Of a stretch of 60,788 bases of DNA, positions 44,007-52,720 are shown piece by piece; within the stretch, counting starts at the first letter, position 1, and the number at the start of each line of letters is the position of its first letter. Made by a program: the position numbers and the translations under genes. The stretch is from assembly GCA_946541595.1 (NCBI GenBank), contig CAMNJU010000001.1, forward strand, positions 1 to 60,788. The letters are read 5' to 3'. The notes under the pieces were generated by a model. That model was not told where the DNA came from and did no database searches. It saw nothing but the letters and a program-made list of their open reading frames with translations. Source of the stretch: an uncultured Planctomycetales bacterium (GTDB taxonomy: Bacteria; Planctomycetota; Planctomycetia; Pirellulales; Thermoguttaceae).

Positions 44007-44771
44007 ATGGGCGATTCCAACATGAAAGATTTCACTCCAAATGAATTAAATCGAAGGCTTGAAGAGCAGTACACCGAAATAGCGCGCCTCGCTGGCGGTC
44101 TTGCTCACGAAGTTAAAAATCCGCTCTCTACAATTCGCCTGAATATGGGATTGCTTGAAGAAGACGTCGAAGAACTTGAAGAGACCCCGCAGCAAAAGAG
44201 AGTTTTGAAAAGAATCGAAACGGTTAAACGCGAAACTTTGAGACTTGAAGATTTACTCAACGAGTTTCTCAGTTTTACCAGAGCGCATAACCTCGAGTTA
44301 AACGCCGCTGACGCCAATTCGGAGCTAAAGGAGATTATAGAATTTTTCAGACCTCAGGCGACAGAAGCGAACGTAGCCATCAGGGAATATTACTCAAGCG
44401 ACCTTCCGACAATACGAATCGATAAACGTTCTTTTGATCGGGCGATACTCAATCTCCTGCTCAACGGCCTTCAGGCGATCAAAGGCAAGGAGGACTCAGA
44501 ACAAGGCGAAATCCTCGTGCGAACTCGACCTTGCGGTTCAGAAGTAGCTATTGACCTCATCGACTCTGGAGGCGGAATGAGCGACGAAACGCTTCAAAAA
44601 ATCTTTGAGCCGTTTTTCTCGACCAAAGTTGGAGGAACCGGTTTGGGGCTTCCGACCGTACGCAAGGTTATTGAAGGACATGGAGGAAGAATAGCGATAC
44701 AGAGCGAAATTGGTAGAGGCACCCAGTTTACGCTTACGTTTCCGGCAATACCGAGAATCTCGGATAAATAG
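44007..44771 (+). CDS. Soluble histidine kinase core (HisKA + HATPase_c) with no sensor or TM domain
   Basis: H-box LAGGLAHEVKNPLSTI, N-box ILNLLLNGLQA, G1 DSGGGM, G2 GGTGLGLPTVRKVIEGHGG. ATG 44007 is preceded by GAGGA at -11, and the track start at 43965 is a TTG. Confidence 0.85.
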   Translation: MGDSNMKDFTPNELNRRLEEQYTEIARLAGGLAHEVKNPLSTIRLNMGLLEEDVEELEETPQQKRVLKRIETVKRETLRLEDLLNEFLSFTRAHNLELNAADANSELKEIIEFFRPQATEANVAIREYYSSDLPTIRIDKRSFDRAILNLLLNGLQAIKGKEDSEQGEILVRTRPCGSEVAIDLIDSGGGMSDETLQKIFEPFFSTKVGGTGLGLPTVRKVIEGHGGRIAIQSEIGRGTQFTLTFPAIPRISDK

Positions 44772-44850
44772 GAGCTTTGACTCGAGTTAAATCGTATGCT
44801 GCGGCGCAATTCACCGAGTGGAGATAAGATTTTGGTACTTTAAAATCTAA

Positions 44851-45774
44851 TTAGAAAACGACGGGAACGCTCAATGCGTCGGCAAGTCTGCGCATATATT
44901 CGGCCCGCGGTATTTCTATTCCCCCTAAACTCTTAGTATGAGAGTTTAAAATCTGCAAATCAAACAATCGAAACCCTTTCTTTTTTAGCCGCAACAGTAG
45001 ATTAAAAAGAGCGACCTTAGAGGCGTCAGTTTCTATACTAAACATCGATTCGCCGTCAAAGAAACCGTTGACGGCTACTCCGTACACGCCTCCTACCAAA
45101 CGGAGATTGTTTTCTTGACCATCCACTTCGTTCTGCCGCTCGGCAACGTCGGTTCTTTTCCAGCATTCAACGCTATGAGCGAAACCAAGTTCAAACAGCT
45201 TGCAGTAACCTTGATAAAACTCACGCGTAATCCAAGTCCCCTCCCGTTTGCGAGAACCGGCCAACGCACAGCCGAGCATGACCTCTGGAAACGCTTGATC
45301 GAACGTCACTAAGAACTTACCGCTTTTCATTGTTCTCTGCAAACGTCGGGGAATGTGGACGTCGTCTAACTCAAAGACGGCTCTGGGATCAGGGGCCCAC
45401 CATGCTAATACAGAATTGGCGTCCTTCAGACTTTCCAAATCTCCAGGAGTCTTCCCTTCCCACTCAACGTCGTACAAAGGCAATGTTTGTCCCGTTAGAA
45501 TATTGGAAGCTCCGGGAAAGTCTGATTCTGGATATTTCTCAAAACTCTCAGAATCTTCATTATAATAAGAGTCGTCTTCGCCGAATATTACGCCCAACTC
45601 TACGGGCCATGGGAAAATACCGTGGATCAACGCGTCTAAAACCGAATCAGGAACGACTTCTCCGCCTATGGCAAGCAGTCCTTCTTCCGACGACAGTTCA
45701 ACGTCCGGAAAAAAATTAGATGGAGGAATTGGCTCGTCCGAATGAAAATATGACAAAGCGTCGCCTCTATACAA
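44851..45774 (-). CDS. aat: Leucyl/phenylalanyl-tRNA--protein transferase
   Basis: GLLAIGGEV...HGIFPWP...WWAPDPRAVF...EGTWITREF...GFAHSVECW...LVGGVYGVAVNGFFDGESMF...SHTKSLGGIEIPR. The only in-frame start upstream of the conserved N-terminus is TTG 45774. Confidence 0.8.
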   Translation of the reverse strand: MYRGDALSYFHSDEPIPPSNFFPDVELSSEEGLLAIGGEVVPDSVLDALIHGIFPWPVELGVIFGEDDSYYNEDSESFEKYPESDFPGASNILTGQTLPLYDVEWEGKTPGDLESLKDANSVLAWWAPDPRAVFELDDVHIPRRLQRTMKSGKFLVTFDQAFPEVMLGCALAGSRKREGTWITREFYQGYCKLFELGFAHSVECWKRTDVAERQNEVDGQENNLRLVGGVYGVAVNGFFDGESMFSIETDASKVALFNLLLRLKKKGFRLFDLQILNSHTKSLGGIEIPRAEYMRRLADALSVPVVF

Positions 45775-45794
45775 GAGTACCCAATCGAGCGATA

Positions 45795-45853
45795 AAAAGA
45801 TACAAAGATATAGAAGACCAAGAGCGTCACCCGATAAACGTAACGCTCTTGGT
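45795..45853 (-). terminator. Rho-independent terminator downstream of the M20 peptidase gene
   Basis: ACCAAGAGCGT (45817-45827) and ACGCTCTTGGT (45843-45853) form an 11-bp perfect stem. The minus strand continues CTTCTATATCTTTGTATCTTTTT. Confidence 0.55.
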
Positions 45854-45886
45854 TGTTCTCAAACCAACGTATATGTAAAATACGCG

Positions 45887-47272
45887 TCAGTCAAGCCGAA
45901 TCTTACCGAATTCTTCCCAAAGGGCCGCGCTCGTTTGGATGGCGTCAAAGAAAGATTCTAGGTTAAACTTTTCGTTTGGCGAATGGATGCCGTCGTCGTC
46001 AAGTCCAAAGCCCACCAGAACGGTTTCAGCATCCAGTTCTTTGCGTAACTTGGCAACAATCGGAATCGAACCGCCGTCGCGAACAAAGAGCGGTTTTCTT
46101 CCAAAAACGCGTTCGAGGACGTCGCTCGCGGCGACAATAAATTTTCCGTCCAACGGAGCGACCATTCCGCCAGATCCTTGCGAATACGTCAATGACATCT
46201 TAATGCCAGGAGGAAGGATTGATTCCAAGTAACTCTGGACGTTCGCGCGAATCTTTTCGGGATCCTGATTCGGAACGGTCCGAAAAGTAAACTTAGCAGA
46301 AGCCCAACTCGGAATAATCGTCTTCCCGCCTTCCCCTTGGTATCCGCTCGTCAAACCGTTCACGTCGAAAGCCGGCCTGGCCCCGCGCCGCTCAAGCGTC
46401 GTATATTCGGGCTCGCCAAATTCGGCGTCGATCCCAATCTGCGACTTGTTGTCGTCGGGATCAAACGGATTGCGCGCAAAAGCTTCCCGTTCAAGATCAG
46501 AGAGTTCCTCAACGTCGTCGTAAAAATGCGGAATTTGGATTTTACCGTTCTCGTCGATAATCGATCCGATCATTTTGGACAGCGCGATTGCGGGATTGTA
46601 AACGGAACCTCCGTAAATGCCTGAATGGAGATCCCGATTCGGCCCCGTCAGTTTGAGTTCGAATCCCATTACGCCGCGCAAACCATATGTAATGGCAGGA
46701 ATTCTAGGACCAGCGGCCGACGTATCGCTAACGACGAGAGCGTCGCAAGCAAGCAACTTGCGATTCTCTTCATAATTCAAAAATTCAGAAAGCGAATCGC
46801 TGCCGACTTCTTCCTCGCCTTCCAAAATAAACTTGATTTGAATGGGAAAAGAACCATGAAGAGCTAAATACGTCTGAAGACCGCAAAGATGAGCCGACCA
46901 TTGTCCCTTATCGTCGTTCGCTCCACGGCAATATACTTTATCGTCTCGAATCAAAGGCTCAAAGGGATTCTTCGAAAACCACTCCGAGAAGGGTTCGGCA
47001 GGCTGCACGTCGTAATGACCATATATCATGACGGTTGGTGCGTTAGGAATTTTGGCCGACTCGGCATAGACCAACGGATTGCCGTTGGTTTGAATAGACT
47101 TGGCAGTCATCCCAAGTTTATCCCGAAGGAAGGCAACGAGCCAATCTGCCATTTTCTGCATATCGGCTTTATGCTCTTTCTGTGCGCTTACACTGGGAAT
47201 TCTCAACGCCTCAAACCATTGGTCCAGAAATTTCTCTTTATTTTCCGCAATATAGTTTAGGATCTTTTCCAT
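45887..47272 (-). CDS. M20-family dipeptidase
   Basis: IYGHYDVQPAEP, RGANDDKGQ and EGEEEVGS are metal-ligand motifs of M20 dipeptidases. ATG 47272 is preceded by AAGGAA. Confidence 0.8.
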   Translation of the reverse strand: MEKILNYIAENKEKFLDQWFEALRIPSVSAQKEHKADMQKMADWLVAFLRDKLGMTAKSIQTNGNPLVYAESAKIPNAPTVMIYGHYDVQPAEPFSEWFSKNPFEPLIRDDKVYCRGANDDKGQWSAHLCGLQTYLALHGSFPIQIKFILEGEEEVGSDSLSEFLNYEENRKLLACDALVVSDTSAAGPRIPAITYGLRGVMGFELKLTGPNRDLHSGIYGGSVYNPAIALSKMIGSIIDENGKIQIPHFYDDVEELSDLEREAFARNPFDPDDNKSQIGIDAEFGEPEYTTLERRGARPAFDVNGLTSGYQGEGGKTIIPSWASAKFTFRTVPNQDPEKIRANVQSYLESILPPGIKMSLTYSQGSGGMVAPLDGKFIVAASDVLERVFGRKPLFVRDGGSIPIVAKLRKELDAETVLVGFGLDDDGIHSPNEKFNLESFFDAIQTSAALWEEFGKIRLD

Positions 47273-47471
47273 TCTTAATTCCTTTAGTAACAGGGGAATC
47301 AATACTGTCTGGTCCCCGTTCAAACGCAATGATAAAGTTGTACCAGACTGTGAGAACGGTATGTCAAGCTTAGAATTAACGCCATAACCTTCCCCCAAGC
47401 CGTTCAAATAAAATAAACGTCCGGTTGAACGTTAGCGATTCACGCCCTTCAAAAAGCGTTCTCGCAATCCA

Positions 47472-47822
47472 TTACCCCGGCGGCCAAGAAAAATCGCGAC
47501 CGCCAATAAGATGAAAATGAAGGTGAGGGACCGTTTGACATGCGCAAGGACCACAATTAGAAACGACTCTGTACCCGTTCTCTGCAATTCCCAGATCTGC
47601 GGCAAGTTTCTTAATCACGCAAAAAATATGTCCTATCAGATCCGCGTTGTCTTCCGAAACGTCGTTTACAGAACGGAGCTCCGTCGTTTTGGGAATAACG
47701 AGCACATGAACCGGCGCCTGAGGAGAAACGTCGTAAAAAGCGAGACACTGTTCGTCCTCATAGACAACGTTAGCAGGAATCTCCTTGTCAATAATTTTCT
47801 TAAAAATAGTCTTTTCTGCCAT
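47472..47822 (-). CDS. HIT-family (HINT-like) nucleotide hydrolase
   Basis: 116 aa with the histidine triad VPHLHFHLIGG. Confidence 0.85.
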   Translation of the reverse strand: MAEKTIFKKIIDKEIPANVVYEDEQCLAFYDVSPQAPVHVLVIPKTTELRSVNDVSEDNADLIGHIFCVIKKLAADLGIAENGYRVVSNCGPCACQTVPHLHFHLIGGRDFSWPPG

Positions 47823-48119
47823 GAAATTTTTCCTTTCTTAGCGGCGTTTCTATCCGAACTAAATAATCGGTAGTTTTAGCTGCATTGAGGCTGAATTCGC
47901 TTTTAATATACAACTGTTAAACACAAAAAACAACGAGAAAAACACAAGAAGACGGAATTTGAAGAGAAAAACTCTCCATTCTGCCTCAGAAGAAAGAGGA
48001 GCAAATCGGAGTCGATAAACGTATTAGAAATACAAGACTCGAAAAGCAGTAATTCTCTACCGAAGCAAGCTTCAGCTCTTTAAAACCGTAATTTCGCAGT
48101 TTTACTGATGAACGGAGCG

Positions 48120-49532
48120 TCAGTTATTTGACGTGTAATCGGTCAATCGTTTTGCAGCTTCCCTGACTCCCAACGAAATGCGGCCAACTTTAGTTTGCGT
48201 CACTTCCTGTCCCACGCCTTTTGAATACAGAATCGGTTTGTCAAGTATGGCAAAAAACCCCAAAAGCGCAACGGCAACAGAGTCAAATGAATCTTCCAAG
48301 AACGAACCGTATTCGTTCAATAAGTGAACGGAACGAGGCGCCAGGCCGGCAGCCAGCTTACTAAACAGCAAACCGTTTTGCTTTGCTCCCCCGGTCAGAA
48401 CAACGTCGTATGCTTGCTCGCTAAACTCGGCTTCATTTTCCCGAATACTTTCGACGACCCTATCTGCAATCCAATTCACTGCGGTACAAAGCGCGTCGAC
48501 AGAAGAAATCTTTAAATCGAAGTTAACTAACCGTTCAATATAGAAAGACTCGTTAAATATCTTCGATGAAGGAGAAATAAAATACTTTGCCGTCGTTTCC
48601 CCTTGATTCATGAGATTACGACTTTCATTACGCCAACGTTCCAATACTTCGTTTATACAACGCCCTTGAACCGAAAGCTTTCCTCCCAAGTCAATCTCCG
48701 CTTCTCCTTTAGTCGCCTGTTTCGTCAGCAAATCCAAAAGAAAACCGCAAGAAACTACCTCGTTGAAAATCAACCGTTTCCAAGAATCGGACGAGGAATT
48801 TTTATGGGAGGGAATATAATACCATCGCGCAGTTTCTCCTAAATCAACGATCAGCTTTCCGCGTTCTGAATTCGAAAGCAGAGTCCAGTACGGGGATATC
48901 AGATAATTTTGACGCGCCGTAGGTTCGTCGAGGTCAATAAGAGAATCCACAACGTTCAAACCCGTTTTCTTTGACAGCAAATAGCCGTCGCTCATTTCCA
49001 AGAATAGAGTGCGTTCTTCACTCAATCCAGTAGGAATCCAAATCCCCGGATCGCTCACGACAACGGCGATAATTTCATCTCTTTGAACCTTAACTTCACG
49101 TAATAATTCGTTGATTGCCTCTTCTTCAAGGGCCGTTATTAACCCCCGTATTTCTGAGAATCGAACTAAACTCGAAGAGACGGTTCCCTGCTCGTTTTCA
49201 GCGGCTTTAGAAGAAAAACAGTTCTTTGACTGCCAACGCCCTATTTCCCTGTCGCCAGAGTTCTTTCCTAATGCTTGCGTTCTCGTTGAAAACAGCTCGC
49301 TTTCAATTCTCAACGTCTGTTTGAGCTCTTCATATGCACGAGTAATTTCATAAGGCAGATCAAAAGAAACGCTTGTAGCCAAAACGATAGGAGAACCGTC
49401 TTTAGAGCTGTTTGTTCCTATAAGCGAAGCTTCAAGTTTTCGGACTCCTGAAGAGATATTAATGCCAATAAACCAATACGAAGCATTAGCAGATGAATCG
49501 CCGCGTTTAAAAGACAGATTTTTTATTTTCAT
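48120..49532 (-). CDS. Divergent actin-fold (ASKHA) protein, AnmK-like (anhydro-N-acetylmuramic acid kinase family)
   Basis: The overall order resembles AnmK: N-terminal FIGINISSG (cf. GxMSGTSxDG), central LIVDLGETA (cf. NIGGIAN) and C-terminal VVLTGGAKQNGLL. The motifs are degenerate, so the call is tentative. The start is ATG 49532, or GTG 49550. Confidence 0.4.
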   Translation of the reverse strand: MKIKNLSFKRGDSSANASYWFIGINISSGVRKLEASLIGTNSSKDGSPIVLATSVSFDLPYEITRAYEELKQTLRIESELFSTRTQALGKNSGDREIGRWQSKNCFSSKAAENEQGTVSSSLVRFSEIRGLITALEEEAINELLREVKVQRDEIIAVVVSDPGIWIPTGLSEERTLFLEMSDGYLLSKKTGLNVVDSLIDLDEPTARQNYLISPYWTLLSNSERGKLIVDLGETARWYYIPSHKNSSSDSWKRLIFNEVVSCGFLLDLLTKQATKGEAEIDLGGKLSVQGRCINEVLERWRNESRNLMNQGETTAKYFISPSSKIFNESFYIERLVNFDLKISSVDALCTAVNWIADRVVESIRENEAEFSEQAYDVVLTGGAKQNGLLFSKLAAGLAPRSVHLLNEYGSFLEDSFDSVAVALLGFFAILDKPILYSKGVGQEVTQTKVGRISLGVREAAKRLTDYTSNN

Positions 49533-49709
49533 GGTCCAGCTCACTCCCACCTGACTAACGACTGCGATTTCAATTCTAAAAGTCTTTCGACGTATCTGTT
49601 TCGTTAGGACGTCGCATTTGATCGAACGGCAAGTAACAAAGGCCGTTTAATAAAACACTCTTTTAAGTGAATTCCAATCCTAAAACTAAAAAGACTTCTG
49701 ATTCTTAAC

Positions 49710-49758
49710 TAAAAAGCGTTCTTACCGTTTGCTTTATCTAAACAACCGATAAGAACGC
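49710..49758 (-). terminator. Rho-independent terminator downstream of the GATase-like gene
   Basis: GCGTTCTTACCG (49716-49727) and CGATAAGAACGC (49747-49758) form a stem with one mismatch. The minus strand continues with TTTTT. Confidence 0.55.
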
Positions 49759-49809
49759 AATGACAAAAAATACCAATCTGTCTTCATCTTTCCGTATCAA
49801 GGAAAAGAA

Positions 49810-50568
49810 TCAAGCCCACGCGTTCATTTTACTTTCCTTGAAAGCGGCAACTCCCTTAATAAACTCGCTAAAAATACGTTGGTCAAGATTTGTCGCAGAC
49901 GCAGCCTCTGGATGAAATTGAACGCCAAGAGCGAACCAGTCGTCGCGAGTCGACTCAATCGCTTCAATGACATGATCGCCAGAACAACGAGCCGAAACAA
50001 TGAAGTCAGGAGCAACGTCGTCAACGGCCATATGATGACGACTATTTACGCGAATGTCATTGTTATTCTTACCGTAAACCTGTTCCAGCAACGTTTTCTT
50101 TTCAACGTAGATCGGATGGCGCAAATCAGGATCTGTATTATCTCTATGCGGCATGGCGTTGGGAATGTCTTCCGGAATATGTAAGAAAAGCGAACCGCCT
50201 TGAGAAACGTTCAAGAGCTGCATGCCAGAACCAATACCAAGGACAGGCTTACGTTGGAAGGCAATTTCGTCCATCAGGCGTCGGTCAAAGCGTTCTCGGC
50301 GGGGATCCATCGTACGAACAAAACGATGAAGCATAAAACCGTCGTTTCGCGGATCAAGATCACCGCCGCCAACCATTACGCAGCCATCGATCCGATCGAC
50401 CGTCGCAGTAATGAGATCAATATCGTCGGTAGTGGGAATAAGGACGGGAATTCCACCCGCTGCAACAACAGAATCCACGTACTCAGAAAACAAATAACAA
50501 ACGCTGGGGACAGATCCGTACGACGGCTTGTATTCAACATTCAGACCGATAATAGGCTTGGAATTCAT
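49810..50568 (-). CDS. Class I glutamine amidotransferase-like / peptidase C26 (PuuD-like) protein lacking the nucleophile cysteine
   Basis: PIIGLN...GGIPVLIP...DGCVMVGGGDLDP...PVLGIGSGMQLLNV...GVQFHPE. The G-I-C-x-G-x-Q motif reads G-I-G-S-G-M-Q here. Confidence 0.7.
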   Translation of the reverse strand: MNSKPIIGLNVEYKPSYGSVPSVCYLFSEYVDSVVAAGGIPVLIPTTDDIDLITATVDRIDGCVMVGGGDLDPRNDGFMLHRFVRTMDPRRERFDRRLMDEIAFQRKPVLGIGSGMQLLNVSQGGSLFLHIPEDIPNAMPHRDNTDPDLRHPIYVEKKTLLEQVYGKNNNDIRVNSRHHMAVDDVAPDFIVSARCSGDHVIEAIESTRDDWFALGVQFHPEAASATNLDQRIFSEFIKGVAAFKESKMNAWA

Positions 50569-50864
50569 TGAGACAATTTCCTAAAATACGCTTCAACAAG
50601 CAACTCCCATTCAACGTCAGTTCAATTACGGCGTCAGGGTAATAAAACACTAAAAGCCGTAGGACTGCGTCTTTATAGCAAACGCCGAGAATACAACGTC
50701 TTTCGGACGCTTCACCAGACTTTTCGCCAAAAGTCTAGATTAAAAAACGGCGATGCTTGGAAGTCCTATTCCACAATTTGCGCAACAAACGCCTCATGTG
50801 AAAATCCGTCTCCAAACGACGTCACGATGGAAACGCGGTCTGCGACGCTAAACCGTTCGCCTCG

Positions 50865-50899
50865 CCAAAAGCTCACGGCAAAAGCTGATTCGCAAAAGC
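50865..50899. repeat. Three direct copies of (C/G)CAAAAGC spaced 13 and 14 nt apart, in an ORF-free region
   Basis: CCAAAAGC at 50865-50872, GCAAAAGC at 50878-50885 and GCAAAAGC at 50892-50899. A related CCAAAAGT lies in a hairpin at 50717-50736. Confidence 0.5.
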
Positions 50900-51221
50900 C
50901 TGTTAAATAATAAATTTCAAATCGTCACTTTGAAATTCAAAATGCAAGCACGCGTAAATGTTAGTGATTTTTTAGGGGATATCAAGTAAAAAATGCCAAA
51001 ATCGTTTATTTAGGCAAAACTTTATTAAAGAACGCTACATCTAGTGGTCAAGCTTTAAACAGTCAAAAGAACGAACGCCTATTATTAACATATAAAGTCA
51101 AAAACAGGCGTTCAAAATACATAGGGAGAGACAAAAACAAACAGGTATTCTTTGACACAAAATTAAATAGGATAAACACCTTACATTTGTGAAACACACA
51201 GATGCCAATGCCCAATTGTAG

Positions 51222-51683
51222 TTACGACTCTACCGTTTGACTCTCAATCCAAGCCTCTAATTCGGCCCAATCAACAGGCGGAAGATCAGCGCGTTCCGGT
51301 CTAAGTTTTGACGCTCCCTTAATATACACATGTCTAATTTCAGCCGCAGTCTTCGTCGTGTTCCAATTAACAAGAATCCGAATGCATTTTCTAAGCGAAC
51401 CGGGAACATCCAATTCATGGCCACACATAAGGGCTACGTCGGTCCATTGCAACTGTCGCGCGGCAAGCGCAGGAAACGCTGCGTTTAAATCGACCGTAGT
51501 CGTAAATATCGCGCTTGACACGTCTTCTGGCTTGATTCCGTTAAAACGAATCATCAAAGCCAAAAGCTCGCGCGTACCCTTGAGTATTTCCTCTGGAGTG
51601 TTGTTTTCAATCGTCGTCGCCCCACGTATTCCACGGCAAACTAACACGGCGTTATTCTGAACTTTTACTTGTTCCTCATTCAT
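51222..51683 (-). CDS. aroH: AroH-type chorismate mutase
   Basis: [14 protein letters not shown]...[15 protein letters not shown]...[13 protein letters not shown] 51683 is preceded by GAGG, and the track start at 51701 is a GTG. About 35 extra C-terminal residues relative to the usual ~120-aa AroH. Confidence 0.8.
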   Translation of the reverse strand: MNEEQVKVQNNAVLVCRGIRGATTIENNTPEEILKGTRELLALMIRFNGIKPEDVSSAIFTTTVDLNAAFPALAARQLQWTDVALMCGHELDVPGSLRKCIRILVNWNTTKTAAEIRHVYIKGASKLRPERADLPPVDWAELEAWIESQTVES

Positions 51684-51988
51684 TTTGACCTCATACGACA
51701 CGGTCTGTTAAAATAAAGCAAAAAGGGTATTCCAAAGCTAAAACGGTAATTCGAGAGACTTTCTCCCTTCAACTGGCAAGATTATATTTAATTCCCATAA
51801 ACGAGCAAGGGGCGCGCAAGTTGCTCGTTAAGGACAGTCTTACTCCAAAATGACATTTTTTTCGGAAGCTTTTCGTACGGTATACGGTCTTGGCGAAAAC
51901 GGCAAAAGATGTACAATTCCGACAGTTTTTTACCTAATCGCACCCATTGCAGAAGCGTAACTTTGAAAAGAGACAAGGAGAAACGTTC

Positions 51989-52636
51989 ATGGAAATTATC
52001 TTTGATATGGACGGAGTCTTAATTAACAGCAATGCGGCTCATCTTGCCAGTTGGAAGAAGATAGCGGCGCAGGACGGCGTGTCCTTTTCAGACGAAGTCT
52101 TTTGGAAGACGTTTGGCATGACGTCGGAATACATCGTTGAAAAGTATTGGGGAGATACGACGTTAACTAATGAACAAATCTCCGCGATTGTCAATCGAAA
52201 AGAGACGGCTTTTCGAGAAAGCGTCAAGAAGTTTGTACAACCAATCGAAGGGGCTGTAGACTTTGTACTTTTCCTTCACCAAAAAGGCTATAAGATGGCG
52301 GTAGGGTCGTCTGCCCCGCGTATTAACGTCGAATACGTTCTCGATTGGTTGGAAATCCGTGATTGTTTTAACGAATGCATCGTCGCAGGCGACGAGGTGA
52401 AACAAGGAAAACCCGCCCCTGATATTTTCCTAACGGCCGCTAGGAAATTGAATGCGACGCCTAAAAACTGCATCGTAATCGACGATTCGAGAAGCGGAGT
52501 CAACGCGGGAAAGAACGCCGGAATGACGACGATCGGTTTTTTCAGCGCGGGACATTCACAGGTCGAATATGAAAACGCCGACTATGTCGTTCATTCTTTT
52601 GAAGAGATCAAAAAGATTCTTCACTTAGACAAGTAG
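51989..52636 (+). CDS. HAD-superfamily hydrolase (beta-phosphoglucomutase-like)
   Basis: Motif I IIFDMDGVLINS, motif II VGSSAP, motif III/IV KQGKPAPDIF...VIDDSRSGVNAGKNAG. ATG 51989 is preceded by AAGGAG. Confidence 0.8.
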   Translation: MEIIFDMDGVLINSNAAHLASWKKIAAQDGVSFSDEVFWKTFGMTSEYIVEKYWGDTTLTNEQISAIVNRKETAFRESVKKFVQPIEGAVDFVLFLHQKGYKMAVGSSAPRINVEYVLDWLEIRDCFNECIVAGDEVKQGKPAPDIFLTAARKLNATPKNCIVIDDSRSGVNAGKNAGMTTIGFFSAGHSQVEYENADYVVHSFEEIKKILHLDK

Positions 52637-52660
52637 TTCTTATTGCAAAAGTATTATATT

Positions 52661-52703
52661 GCGCGTGAAATCTCGTTCGGAACTCGAGTAAGATTTCACG
52701 CGC
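52661..52703. terminator. 13-bp perfect inverted repeat between convergent genes (putative terminator)
   Basis: GCGCGTGAAATCT (52661-52673) pairs with AGATTTCACGCGC (52691-52703) across a 17-nt loop. The flanking U-tracts are weak. Confidence 0.45.
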
Positions 52704-52720
52704 GTAGATTATCATTCAGT

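Noticed and set aside
44827-44848. AGATTTT-N8-AAAATCT hairpin between the kinase gene and aat
   Set aside because: The 7-bp stem is almost entirely A/T, with no convincing U-tract, so it is too weak to call a terminator.
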